NCBI GenBank assembly: GCA_044358135.1
Contig: JBIKOJ010000002.1
Location: forward strand, 10,922 to 74,921
Length of the DNA stretch: 64,000 bases
Source of the DNA: Acetobacteraceae bacterium
Lineage (GTDB): Bacteria; Pseudomonadota; Alphaproteobacteria; Acetobacterales; Acetobacteraceae
Direction of reading: 5' to 3'
The notes under the pieces were generated by a model. It was given only the letters and a program-made list of their open reading frames with translations, was not told the origin of the DNA and did no database searches. Below are positions 8,158 to 16,981 of this stretch, piece by piece. Position 1 is the stretch's first letter, and every line of letters starts with the position of its first letter. The position numbers and the translations under genes are program-made.

Positions 8158-8658
8158 ATGACCCAGGAACCCTCCTCCCTGGCCCAGCACTTCGCCGGCA
8201 TGGCTGCCGCGATGGGCTCGATGGCCCAAGCTCGCGCATGGCGCGGGGAGGTGGCGCACGCCCTGATTCTGGCCTGGATCGCCGCCGTGCTGGGCTGCCT
8301 GACCATCCTGGCCGCCGCGTGGGAAGCCGGCCGCCAGGCCACCCACCCCGAAGGCCGCACCAGCCGCACCCGCCGGGTCCGCGCGGCCTCCCATGGCATC
8401 CCCACACCCGAATTGCGCCCGCAGACCGTTCACCTGCCCGCATTCCGCCCGGCGCCCTCGCGCGCGCCGCCGCATCCCCCACCTCTCGTGCGTCCATCGC
8501 AACCGCCCCACCCATGCGCCGTTCGGGCCTCCTCTGGCCCACGCTTCCGCACGCCCTTATTGTTCCGTTATCGTAATTACCTCGGAACACCCCCGGCTTG
8601 CCCCCCACCGTCACTTCCCATACGAACATCCGCCCACCCGGAGCCTGCCGCCGCATGA
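8158..8658 (+). CDS. Hypothetical membrane protein (uncertain; the 3' third loses coding signal)
   Basis: The first ~80 codons have high GC3 and a TM segment (ALILAWIAAVLGCLTILAAAW). Later codons (tta ttg ttc cgt tat cgt aat tac) look non-coding. Overlaps the next gene. Confidence 0.3.
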   Translation: MTQEPSSLAQHFAGMAAAMGSMAQARAWRGEVAHALILAWIAAVLGCLTILAAAWEAGRQATHPEGRTSRTRRVRAASHGIPTPELRPQTVHLPAFRPAPSRAPPHPPPLVRPSQPPHPCAVRASSGPRFRTPLLFRYRNYLGTPPACPPPSLPIRTSAHPEPAAA

Positions 8659-9401
8659 CCGACCGCCTGCGCATCGCCCATTGCGCCGACATCCATCTGG
8701 ACGCCAGCGGCTACGGCCAGGCCCTGGGTGCCGAGGGCAGCGAATTCCACCGCCAGGCCTTCGCCCACGCGATCGAGGCGATGCTCGCCCACGACCCGCA
8801 GCTCTTCCTCCTGGCCGGCGACCTGTTCGACAGCAACCGCGCCACCCCCGCCACCATCGAATGGGCCATGGCCACCCTCGCCGCCATCCCCATCCCGGTG
8901 CTGATGATCCCCGGCAACCACGATTGCCTGGAAACCGGCTCCGTCTACCACCGCTACGATTTCAACAGCCTGCCCAACGTCCAGATGATCCTCGCCCACG
9001 AAGGCGAAACCGTCCGCGTCCCCCACCTGGACCTCGCCTGCTGGGGCCGCGGCATGGTGGAACACCACCGCCTCTACTCGCCGCTCGGCGGCCTACCCCC
9101 CCGCCCCGCCGGCATGCGCTGGTACCTCGCCATGGGCCACGGCCTCTTCGTGCCCCACGGCGGCGACACCGACCGCTCCTCACCCATCCACGCCCGCGAG
9201 ATCGACGCCAGCCCCTGCGACTACATCGCCCTCGGCCACCACCACGCCGCCATGGAAATCGGCGAGGACCGCACCCTGGCCGCCTTCGCCGGCTCCCCGA
9301 CAGACAAGGTCGGCCGCGGCCCCACCTACATCATCTGCGACCTCAGCGAAGACGCCCCGCCGGCCGTCGTCGTCCACAAGGTGGAGAAGGGCTGGAGCTA
9401 G
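8655..9401 (+). CDS. Metallophosphoesterase family protein
   Basis: Motifs IAHCADIHLD, LLAGDLFD, PGNHD, GHHH. Confidence 0.85.
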   Translation: MTDRLRIAHCADIHLDASGYGQALGAEGSEFHRQAFAHAIEAMLAHDPQLFLLAGDLFDSNRATPATIEWAMATLAAIPIPVLMIPGNHDCLETGSVYHRYDFNSLPNVQMILAHEGETVRVPHLDLACWGRGMVEHHRLYSPLGGLPPRPAGMRWYLAMGHGLFVPHGGDTDRSSPIHAREIDASPCDYIALGHHHAAMEIGEDRTLAAFAGSPTDKVGRGPTYIICDLSEDAPPAVVVHKVEKGWS

Positions 9402-9455
9402 GGAAGGACGGGAACCGCCAAGGCGCCATCCTTCGGCATCAGCCGAACCGAAACG

Positions 9456-9986
9456 CTACCACGGCCCCTCGGGCAGCGAGCAGTTCAGGGTGGTCACCAC
9501 ATAGACCCCCCGGCGCAGCCGGCGCAGCGCGACGACATCGCACCCCTCGCCACCCCACAGCGCGGAGGCGACATCCAGGGTCAGCGCATCGCCGGGGTCC
9601 GACACCAGGAACGCCACGTTCGTCATCCCCGCGATCCCCCACGCGTCCCACTCGCGCAACACCTCCCGCCGGGCCAGGGCCTCCTCATGCCCGAAGGACC
9701 ACAGCAAGAACCAGAGCTGGTCGCGCGGCCAGGCCAGAAGATAACCGGCAGTCGGAATCAGCCCCAGCACCGCCACGACCGCCAGGAACAACGGCAGGTC
9801 GGTGGCGGGCCGTCGACGGATCACGGCAACCAACGTCGCCACGCCCAGGAACAACGCCAGCGGAGAAATCACCAGGATCATCAGCCCGTACAGCAGGAAC
9901 TGCCCGAACCCATTGCCGGCATCGACCATCCCATAGGCGGCGGCGCCCGCCACCACCGCCAGCGGCGCGCGCCACGGGCCGTTCAC
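9456..9986 (-). CDS. Hypothetical membrane protein
   Basis: GTG 9986 overlaps the TGA of the upstream hydrolase (GTGA). Three to four hydrophobic helices, then a soluble tail. An alternative ATG start (MVDAGNG) exists. Confidence 0.6.
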   Translation of the reverse strand: MNGPWRAPLAVVAGAAAYGMVDAGNGFGQFLLYGLMILVISPLALFLGVATLVAVIRRRPATDLPLFLAVVAVLGLIPTAGYLLAWPRDQLWFLLWSFGHEEALARREVLREWDAWGIAGMTNVAFLVSDPGDALTLDVASALWGGEGCDVVALRRLRRGVYVVTTLNCSLPEGPW

Positions 9987-10939
9987 GTCGTGGCGACGCG
10001 CCCCAGCCAAGGCACCAGCGCCGCCAGGAACCCCTTGGTGTTCTGCGAAGGCACCCCGTGCCCCGCCTTCTCCACCGTCACCAGCTCGCCCTTCGGCAGT
10101 GCATCCCGCAGCCGCTCCGCCGCGTCGGGCGCCAGGATGTTGCTCGTCTCGCCCCGCACCACCAGCACCGGCAACTCGAACCTGCCGCAATCCTCCAGCG
10201 TCACGTTGTCCCCGGGCTTCTGGCCCGGCCGCAGCCCCAGCCGGCGCAGGGTGGCGTCGCACTTGCTGATGTACTTGCCGTCCACCCGCTCGAACATGTT
10301 GTACTTCACCGTGCGTTCGATGTGCTCGCGCGGCCGGTACGGATCGTATTTCCGCACGTTCTCGATGAAGTGCTCCAGATTGTCGAACTCGTTGTTGGCC
10401 GCCACGAACCCCGCGATCTGCGCCCGCCCGGCATCCGAGATCTCCGGCCCGATATCCACGATGCACAGCGCCTTCATGCTGCCCGCATGGTCGCGCGCCA
10501 GCAGCATCCCGTTGCGCCCACCCATCGAATGCCCCACCACCACCGGGGAGCCACCACCCACCGCCGCCAGGAACGAAGCCGCATCCTGCGCCATCGCCCG
10601 CCCGGAATAGTCCACGTCCCGCGCCCACTCGCTGTCGCCATGGCCGCGCTGGTCCAGCGCCAGCACCCGATACGTCTTCGCCAGGTGCAAACTCACCAGG
10701 TCCCACGAATGCGCCTGCTGGTGCCCGCCATGCAGCAGCACCACCGTCGGCGCATCGGCCCGGCCCCATTCCAGGTAATGGAAGCGATGCCCCCGCAGCA
10801 CGATGTTCCGCGCCGCATAGGGCACGCTGGGATCATGCTCGATCCCCAGCTCGCCCGCCGATGTCAGCAGGCTGCGGAACTCGTCCGTCCCGGTCATGTC
10901 GAAGGCATCGCTGCCGGGGGCGGAGATGTTGAGATTCAT
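9983..10939 (-). CDS. Alpha/beta hydrolase
   Basis: HGGHQ oxyanion region, nucleophile elbow GHSMGG, and a late His (AGHGV). Confidence 0.9.
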   Translation of the reverse strand: MNLNISAPGSDAFDMTGTDEFRSLLTSAGELGIEHDPSVPYAARNIVLRGHRFHYLEWGRADAPTVVLLHGGHQQAHSWDLVSLHLAKTYRVLALDQRGHGDSEWARDVDYSGRAMAQDAASFLAAVGGGSPVVVGHSMGGRNGMLLARDHAGSMKALCIVDIGPEISDAGRAQIAGFVAANNEFDNLEHFIENVRKYDPYRPREHIERTVKYNMFERVDGKYISKCDATLRRLGLRPGQKPGDNVTLEDCGRFELPVLVVRGETSNILAPDAAERLRDALPKGELVTVEKAGHGVPSQNTKGFLAALVPWLGRVATT

Positions 10940-11049
10940 GCGCGATATCCCGCTGGTCGTTTCCGGGCGAAACCATAGGGCGCGTTCCCAGGGACTGTCA
11001 CGCCACCGCCATTGCGCTAACCTCCGGCCAAAGACCCGGAGACGCCCAG

Positions 11050-12726
11050 ATGACCACCGCCCCCACCGCCGGCCGCCGCCTGTTCCTGGAACTGCTGAAG
11101 CAGGAAGGCGTGCGCGTGATGTTCGGCAACCCCGGCACCACCGAGCTGCCGCTGATGGATGCCTTGGCCGGGGAGGATGAGATCCGCTACGTGCTGGCGC
11201 TCCAGGAATCCCTGGTGATGGCCATGGCCGACGGCTACGCCCGCGCCTCCGGCACTCTCGGCGTCGCCAACGTCCATGTCGCCCCCGGCCTCGGCAACGC
11301 GATGGGCATGCTGTTCGATGCCCACAAGGCCGGCTCGCCCGTGCTGCTCACCGCCGGCCAGCAGGCCCAGGGCTTCGGCATCACCGAGCCCAACCTCTAC
11401 GCCGAACTGCCGCCCATGGCGCAGCCCTTCGTGAAGTATGCCGTCGAAGCCCGCCGCGCCCAGGACCTGCCGCGCCTGATCCACCGCGCCGCCAAGACCG
11501 CCCTCGCCCCGCCCACCGGCCCGGTCTTCGTCTCCCTGCCGGTGGACGTGATGAACGCGGAGGCCACGATCGGTCTCGGCACCCCCAGCCGCGTCGCCCC
11601 CCGCATCGCCGCCGACGCTGCGGAGATCGCGAAAGCCGCCAAGCTGCTCGCCGCCGCCAAGAGCCCGGTGATCATCGCCGGCGACTGCGTGGCCCAATCC
11701 GGTGCCGCCGCCGAACTGGTCGCCCTGGCCGAAGCCCTCGGCGCGCCGGTCTGGCTGGAAGGCGAGCCCACCACCCTGCCCTTCCCGCCGGCACACCCGC
11801 TGTTCCGCGGCCCGATCACCCGCCTGGGTCGCTGGATCAACAATATGCTCAGCCCGCACGACCTGCTGCTGTCGGTCGGCGCGGACATGTTCACCCTCTC
11901 CCTGCCGCCGGAGATCGAGCCGCTGCCGGAGGGCATCAAGGTGATCCACATGGACACCAACCCGTGGGAGCTGGCCAAGAACTTCCCCACCGACGCCGCC
12001 CTGTTCGGCGACCCCCAGCCCACCCTGCCGGCCCTGACCGCCGCGATGAACGCCGCCATGGGGGCAGACGGCATCGCCCGCGCCCAATCCCGCCGCGCCG
12101 AGGTGGCCGCAGCGGTGGCCGCCGACCTCGCCAAGCTCACGGCGCAGGCGGAGGCGCTGATGGACCGCTCGCCCATCCACCCGCTGGCCCTGATGAAGGC
12201 GCTTGGCGACACGCTGCCGGCGGAAGCGGTGCTGGTGGACGAAAGCATCTCCTCCGGCGCCGGCATGTTCCAGTTCCTGCGCAACGCCCAGCCCGGCGGC
12301 CTTTATGGCAATCGCGGCGGCGGCATCGGCTGGGGCCTGCCCGGCGCCGTCGGCGTGCAGCTCGCCCTGCCGGAGCGCCGCGTGGTGGCGGTGATCGGCG
12401 ATGGCAGCGCGATGTATTCCATCCAGGCGCTGTGGACCGCGGCGCATGAGAAGCTGCCGATGGTCTTCGTGATCCTCAACAACCGCTCCTACCGCATCCT
12501 GAAGCAGCGCCTCTCCGCCACCCAGGGCACCGCCGCCCAGCGCGGCCGCTATGTCGGCATGGAGCTGTCGGAACCCGCCATCGACTTCGCCGCCCTCGCC
12601 CGCTCCCTGGGCGTGGCGGCAGAGCGGGTGGAGACGATCCCGGCCTTCATCGCCGCGCTGAAGAAGGGCCTGGCCGGCGATGGGCCGCTGCTGATCGACG
12701 CGGCAACGGAATCGACCTTCCAGTAG
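11050..12726 (+). CDS. Thiamine-pyrophosphate-dependent enzyme, benzoylformate decarboxylase-like
   Basis: N-terminal FGNPGTTELP...ALQESLVMAMADGYA and a C-terminal TPP motif GDGSAMYSIQALWTAA...NN. Confidence 0.9.
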   Translation: MTTAPTAGRRLFLELLKQEGVRVMFGNPGTTELPLMDALAGEDEIRYVLALQESLVMAMADGYARASGTLGVANVHVAPGLGNAMGMLFDAHKAGSPVLLTAGQQAQGFGITEPNLYAELPPMAQPFVKYAVEARRAQDLPRLIHRAAKTALAPPTGPVFVSLPVDVMNAEATIGLGTPSRVAPRIAADAAEIAKAAKLLAAAKSPVIIAGDCVAQSGAAAELVALAEALGAPVWLEGEPTTLPFPPAHPLFRGPITRLGRWINNMLSPHDLLLSVGADMFTLSLPPEIEPLPEGIKVIHMDTNPWELAKNFPTDAALFGDPQPTLPALTAAMNAAMGADGIARAQSRRAEVAAAVAADLAKLTAQAEALMDRSPIHPLALMKALGDTLPAEAVLVDESISSGAGMFQFLRNAQPGGLYGNRGGGIGWGLPGAVGVQLALPERRVVAVIGDGSAMYSIQALWTAAHEKLPMVFVILNNRSYRILKQRLSATQGTAAQRGRYVGMELSEPAIDFAALARSLGVAAERVETIPAFIAALKKGLAGDGPLLIDAATESTFQ

Positions 12727-12737
12727 AGGATCGCGCT

Positions 12738-12769
12738 GGACTCCATACCAACTGGTTGGTATGGAGTCC
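12738..12769. promoter_or_regulatory. Perfect palindrome GGACTCCATACCAAC-tg-GTTGGTATGGAGTCC; probable TetR operator
   Basis: 15-bp arms with a 2-nt spacer. The right arm contains the TetR start codon (ATGGAGTCC). It lies 12 nt after the upstream stop codon. Confidence 0.6.
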
Positions 12770-13372
12770 GCCATGGATGGCACCAACCAACCCGATTCCC
12801 GGACCCGCCTGTTGCAGGCCGCCTTGCGGCTGGTGCGGATGAAGGGGTGGGCCGCGGCCTCGGTGGATGAGCTGTGCCTGGCCGCCGGCGTCACCAAGGG
12901 CAGCTTCTTCCACCACTTCAAGACCAAGGAAGCCCTGGGCGTGGCGGCCGCGGGGCATTGGGGCGAAACAACCGCGGCGATGTTCGCCGCCGCGCCCTAC
13001 CATGCGCCCGCCGATCCCGCCGAGCGCGTGCTGGCCTATATCGATTTCCGCGCCGCCCTGCTGGACGACGACCTCGCCGCCTGCACCTGCTTCGCCGGCA
13101 CGCTGGTGCAGGAAACCTGGGCGAGCAGCCCGGCGATGCGCACGGCCTGCGGCACCGCGATCACCGCCCATGCTGCCACCTTGGAAGCCGACATCGAGGC
13201 CGCCCGGCCTGAAGGTGCCGAATGGGACGCCACCAGCCTCGCCCTGTTCACCCAGACGGTGTTGCAGGGCGCCTTCGTGCTGGCCAAGGCGACCGGAACG
13301 ATCGAGACGGCCCGCGGCCAGGTGGCACATCTGCGGCGGTATGTCGGCATGCTCCTGCAAGGGGAACGTTGA
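12761..13372 (+). CDS. TetR/AcrR family transcriptional regulator
   Basis: N-terminal HTH (LLQAALRLVRMKGWAAASVDELCLAAGVTKGSFFHHFKTKEAL). Confidence 0.9.
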   Translation: MESAMDGTNQPDSRTRLLQAALRLVRMKGWAAASVDELCLAAGVTKGSFFHHFKTKEALGVAAAGHWGETTAAMFAAAPYHAPADPAERVLAYIDFRAALLDDDLAACTCFAGTLVQETWASSPAMRTACGTAITAHAATLEADIEAARPEGAEWDATSLALFTQTVLQGAFVLAKATGTIETARGQVAHLRRYVGMLLQGER

Positions 13373-14556
13373 TGGACAGGTCGTACGGCTGGGTCGTGGT
13401 GGCCGCGGGGATCGCCATCACCTGCCTGGGGATGGGCGGCGTGCTGGCGCTGGGCGTGTTCCTGCCGCCGCTGGAAGCCGCCGAGGGCTGGACGCGCACG
13501 CAGGTGGCCACTGCCTCCATGTTCGCCTTCCTGGCGATGGGGGTGGCGGGGTTCGGCTGGGGCACGCTGTCTGACCGTTTCGGCACGCGGGCGGTGGTGC
13601 TGGCCGGGGGGGCGATCCAGGGGCTGGGCCTGGTGCTCGCCGGGCGGGCCGGGACAGTGCTGGAGCTGCAACTGGCCTTCGGCGTGCTGGGCGGGATCGG
13701 GGCGGGCGCCTACATGGCACCGCTGACCGCCTCCGCCTCGCGCTGGTTCGAGCGCAACCGCGGCCTGGCCGTGGCGCTGGTGACGGCGGGCATGGGGATG
13801 GGCACGCTGGTGACCGCGCCGCTGGCAACCTGGCTGATTGCGGCATACGGCTGGCGCATGGCCTTCACCGTGCTGGGGCTGATGGTGTGGGCGGTGGTGC
13901 TGCCGATGGCGCTGCTGCTGCGCGCGCCGCCGGCGGTGCCCGTGGCCGGGACAGCCGGCGGCGGGATGACGGCCGGGCAGGCGCTGCGCTCGCCGGCGCT
14001 GCTGGCGGTCGCCTTCACCTATTTCTGCTGCTGTGCCGCCCATTCCGGGCCGATCTTCCACATGGTGAGCTATGCCGTGGATTGCGGCATCGCGCCGATG
14101 ACGGCGGCGACGCTGCTGGGCGCGCAGGGCCTGGCCGGCGTGGCCGGGCGGATCGGCGGCGGCATGGTGGCGGACCGGCTGGGCGAGAAGCCCACCATCC
14201 TGATGGCGCTGCTGCTGCAGGCCAGCGCGATCGCCGCCTATGTGATGATCAGCGCGCCGACGCAGTTCCTGGTGCTGGGCATGGTGTTCGGCCTGTCCTA
14301 CGGCGCGGTGATGCCGCTCTATGCCGTGCTGGTGCGCAACTGGTTCGGGCCGGCGGTGATGGGCACGGCCTTCGGCGCGGTGAGCATGGCGGCGACCTTC
14401 GGCATGGCCAGCGGGCCGGTGATCGGCGGCTGGCTGCGCGGCATCGGCGGCGACTACCTGTGGATGTACGCCGCCTCCGCGGCGATCGGGCTGGGCGCGC
14501 TGCTGATCGCCACCACCTTCCGTGCCCCTGCAACCCCGGTGCTGCGCACCGCATAG
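13372..14556 (+). CDS. MFS transporter (oxalate/formate-antiporter-like subfamily)
   Basis: Start overlaps the TetR stop by 1 nt. About 12 hydrophobic helices. Motif GTLSDRFGTR. Confidence 0.9.
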   Translation: MDRSYGWVVVAAGIAITCLGMGGVLALGVFLPPLEAAEGWTRTQVATASMFAFLAMGVAGFGWGTLSDRFGTRAVVLAGGAIQGLGLVLAGRAGTVLELQLAFGVLGGIGAGAYMAPLTASASRWFERNRGLAVALVTAGMGMGTLVTAPLATWLIAAYGWRMAFTVLGLMVWAVVLPMALLLRAPPAVPVAGTAGGGMTAGQALRSPALLAVAFTYFCCCAAHSGPIFHMVSYAVDCGIAPMTAATLLGAQGLAGVAGRIGGGMVADRLGEKPTILMALLLQASAIAAYVMISAPTQFLVLGMVFGLSYGAVMPLYAVLVRNWFGPAVMGTAFGAVSMAATFGMASGPVIGGWLRGIGGDYLWMYAASAAIGLGALLIATTFRAPATPVLRTA

Positions 14557-14569
14557 AGGAACCCCTCCC

Positions 14570-15055
14570 ATGGATATGCCGCACAGCGGCGACGAGGCCG
14601 CGATCCGGGGCCTGGTTGCCGAATGGTCCCGTGCGCTCGAAGCGCGCGATGCCGATGGGCTGGTGGCCCATTATGCCGCCGATGCCGTGATCTACGATTG
14701 CGTCGCCTGGGGCGTGGCGCTGGGGCGGGAGGAACTGCGCGAGATCTGGCGGCGCTGCCTGCCGCATTTCCCGGCCCGGTTCGCAAGCCGGCACCGCGAC
14801 CTGCGCGTGGCGGTGGGCGGCGACGTGGCCTTTGTGCACGGGCTGCACCGCATCGACCCCGAGGAACCGCACCCGGCCGGCCACACCTGGATGCGAGCGA
14901 CGGCCTGCTACCGGCGCATCGAGGGGCGGTGGCTGGCAGTGCATGAGCACGTCTCGATCCCGTTCGACCCGATGACCGGCCGGGCGGTGATGATCGCCGA
15001 TCCGGATGCCCCCTTGCCCGCGATGGGCTGCGCGCCGGAGGAAACCACGCGATGA
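14570..15055 (+). CDS. SnoaL-like / NTF2-fold (DUF4440-like) protein
   Basis: Pattern EAAIRGLVAEWSRALEARDADGLVAHYAADAVIYD...RIEGRWLAVHEHVS, typical of the NTF2-like fold. Confidence 0.75.
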   Translation: MDMPHSGDEAAIRGLVAEWSRALEARDADGLVAHYAADAVIYDCVAWGVALGREELREIWRRCLPHFPARFASRHRDLRVAVGGDVAFVHGLHRIDPEEPHPAGHTWMRATACYRRIEGRWLAVHEHVSIPFDPMTGRAVMIADPDAPLPAMGCAPEETTR

Positions 15056-15525
15056 GCCACGCTCTCGGCGGCGCGCATGCGCTGACCCTGTCCCGCCTGA
15101 TCCCCGCCCCGCGCGCGGCGATCTGGCGCTGCTGGACGGAGCCCGAACTGCTCAAGCAATGGTTCTGCCCGAAGCCCTGGGGCGTTTCCCATGCCGAGCT
15201 GGATGTGCGGCCGGGCGGCAGCAGCCTGATCGTGATGCGCGGGCCGGAGGGGCAGGAGATGCCGAACCGCGGCCTCTACCTGGAGGTGGTGCCGAGGGAG
15301 CGGCTGGTGTTCACCGATGCCTTCACCTCGGCCTGGGTGCCGTCCGGGAAGCCGTTCATGGTCGGCACCATCCTGCTGGCCGATGCCGCCGGCGGCACGC
15401 AGTACGACGCGGTGGTGGGGCACTGGAACGAGGAAGACTGCGCCCAGCACGAGGCGATGGGTTTCCACCAGGGCTGGGGCATCGCAACCGACCAACTCAC
15501 GGAACTGGCGAGGACACTGGGATGA
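15052..15525 (+). CDS. SRPBCC (Aha1/START-like) domain protein
   Basis: ATGA overlap with the upstream gene. Pattern LSRLIPAPRAAIWRCWTEPELLKQWF...GWGIATDQL. Confidence 0.85.
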   Translation: MSHALGGAHALTLSRLIPAPRAAIWRCWTEPELLKQWFCPKPWGVSHAELDVRPGGSSLIVMRGPEGQEMPNRGLYLEVVPRERLVFTDAFTSAWVPSGKPFMVGTILLADAAGGTQYDAVVGHWNEEDCAQHEAMGFHQGWGIATDQLTELARTLG

Positions 15526-16241
15526 ACATGGTGGTGAGCCGCGAGGAATGGCGCGCGGCGCGGATGGCGTTGCTGGAGCAGGAGAAGGCGCTGACGCGGG
15601 CCCGCGATGCGCTGAACGCGGCGCGCGTGGCGCTGCCCTGGGTGAAGGTGGAGAAGCCATACCGCTTCCATACGGAGCGCGGGCCGGAGACACTGGCAGA
15701 CCTGTTCCGCGGGCGCGGCCAGCTGCTGGTGCAGCATTTCATGTTCGGGCCGGACTGGACCGAGGGCTGCGTGGGCTGCTCGCTGTGGGCCGACCATGTG
15801 AGCGCCGCGCTGCCGCACCTGGCGGCGAAGGATGTGACCTTCGTCGCGGTGTCGCGCGCGCCGCTGGAGACGCTGCTGGCGTTCCGCCAGCGGATGGGCT
15901 GGGCGTTCGACTGGGTGTCGTCGCTCGACAGCGATTTCAACCGCGATTTCGGGGTGACGTTCACGGCGGAGGATATGGCCGCGGGGGCGGAGTACAACTG
16001 GCGGCCGGTGCAGGAGACCGGCGAATTGCCGGGGAACAGCAGCTTCTACCGGGATGCCGGCGGGGCGGTGTTCCATACCTACTCCGCCTATGGGCGCGGG
16101 GCGGAAGAGATCGCCTCCACCTACATGCTGCTGGACATTGCGCCGCTGGGGCGCAACGAAAGCGGGCCGCAGCCGATGGCCTGGGTGCGGCACCATGACC
16201 GCTACGCGGAATCGCAGGCCGGGAGCTGTTGCTGCACGTGA
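15522..16241 (+). CDS. DUF899 thioredoxin-like protein
   Basis: ATGA overlap. Motif QLLVQHFMFGPDWTEGCVGCS...RMGWAFDWVSS..DFNRDFGV. Confidence 0.85.
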   Translation: MNMVVSREEWRAARMALLEQEKALTRARDALNAARVALPWVKVEKPYRFHTERGPETLADLFRGRGQLLVQHFMFGPDWTEGCVGCSLWADHVSAALPHLAAKDVTFVAVSRAPLETLLAFRQRMGWAFDWVSSLDSDFNRDFGVTFTAEDMAAGAEYNWRPVQETGELPGNSSFYRDAGGAVFHTYSAYGRGAEEIASTYMLLDIAPLGRNESGPQPMAWVRHHDRYAESQAGSCCCT

Positions 16242-16849
16242 AGACCGTCATTGCTCTGCTCGGCCTGCTGGCCGCGACCTCCCCCGCGCTGGCGCAGGAC
16301 AAGCCCTGCACCGCGCCGCCGGTGCGCAGCCTGCTGCCGGGCGGGCCGGGCTATGTCTATCCGGAGCTGAAGACGCAAACCCTGGTGCTGGGCCAGGGCG
16401 CGGCGCGGGTGCAATGGCTGGCGGCAAGCTGGTTCGGGCCGATGAACGGGCGGCTGATGGCGTTGGATTGCGCGGGCAAGGCGCTGGGTTCGGTGGAGTC
16501 CGGCTATCTGCGGTCGATGAAGCCGGGGCCGGCGGTGCCGGGGGTGGGGGCCACCGTGCTGGTGGAGGCGACCACGGGCACCGGCACCGGATATCGCCAG
16601 GACATGGTGCGGCTGGTGGCGCTGGTGGACGGGGCGGCGAAGGTGCTGTGGGAGCAGGTGTCCCTCACCAAGGACAGTGCCCAGCGCGGGCATGGCTCCG
16701 AGGAGCGGTTTGCCTGGCGCTTCGCCCCTGATGGCACCCGCATCGAGGTGACCGGCACGCGCCAGCAGGACGGCAAGCCGGGGCGGGCCGCCCTGCCGGG
16801 GGCGAGCTTCTGCTGGAAGGCGGGGGAAAGGGCGTTCGGGGGGTGCTAA
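16229..16849 (+). CDS. Secreted hypothetical protein
   Basis: Signal peptide VIALLGLLAATSPALAQ. The likely start is GTG 16238, overlapping the upstream TGA (GTGA). The track gives TTG 16229. Confidence 0.65.
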   Translation: MLHVKTVIALLGLLAATSPALAQDKPCTAPPVRSLLPGGPGYVYPELKTQTLVLGQGAARVQWLAASWFGPMNGRLMALDCAGKALGSVESGYLRSMKPGPAVPGVGATVLVEATTGTGTGYRQDMVRLVALVDGAAKVLWEQVSLTKDSAQRGHGSEERFAWRFAPDGTRIEVTGTRQQDGKPGRAALPGASFCWKAGERAFGGC

Positions 16850-16981
16850 GGAAGAAAGGCGTTCTTTTTTGAAAAAAAGAACCAAAAAACCGTTCCATGC
16901 TTGATGCGGCCCTGCCGCATCAAGCCACAAAAGTCTTTTTGCTTCTTTTTCTTCAGAAAAAGAAGAATCCTTGCTTTCTTC
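16850..16981 (-). repeat. Composite intergenic element, copy E3
   Basis: B' hairpin, perfect central hairpin GCTTGATGCGG-ccctg-CCGCATCAAGC, then A' hairpin. Bounded by the TAA of the left gene and the TAG of the right (minus-strand) gene. Confidence 0.9.
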
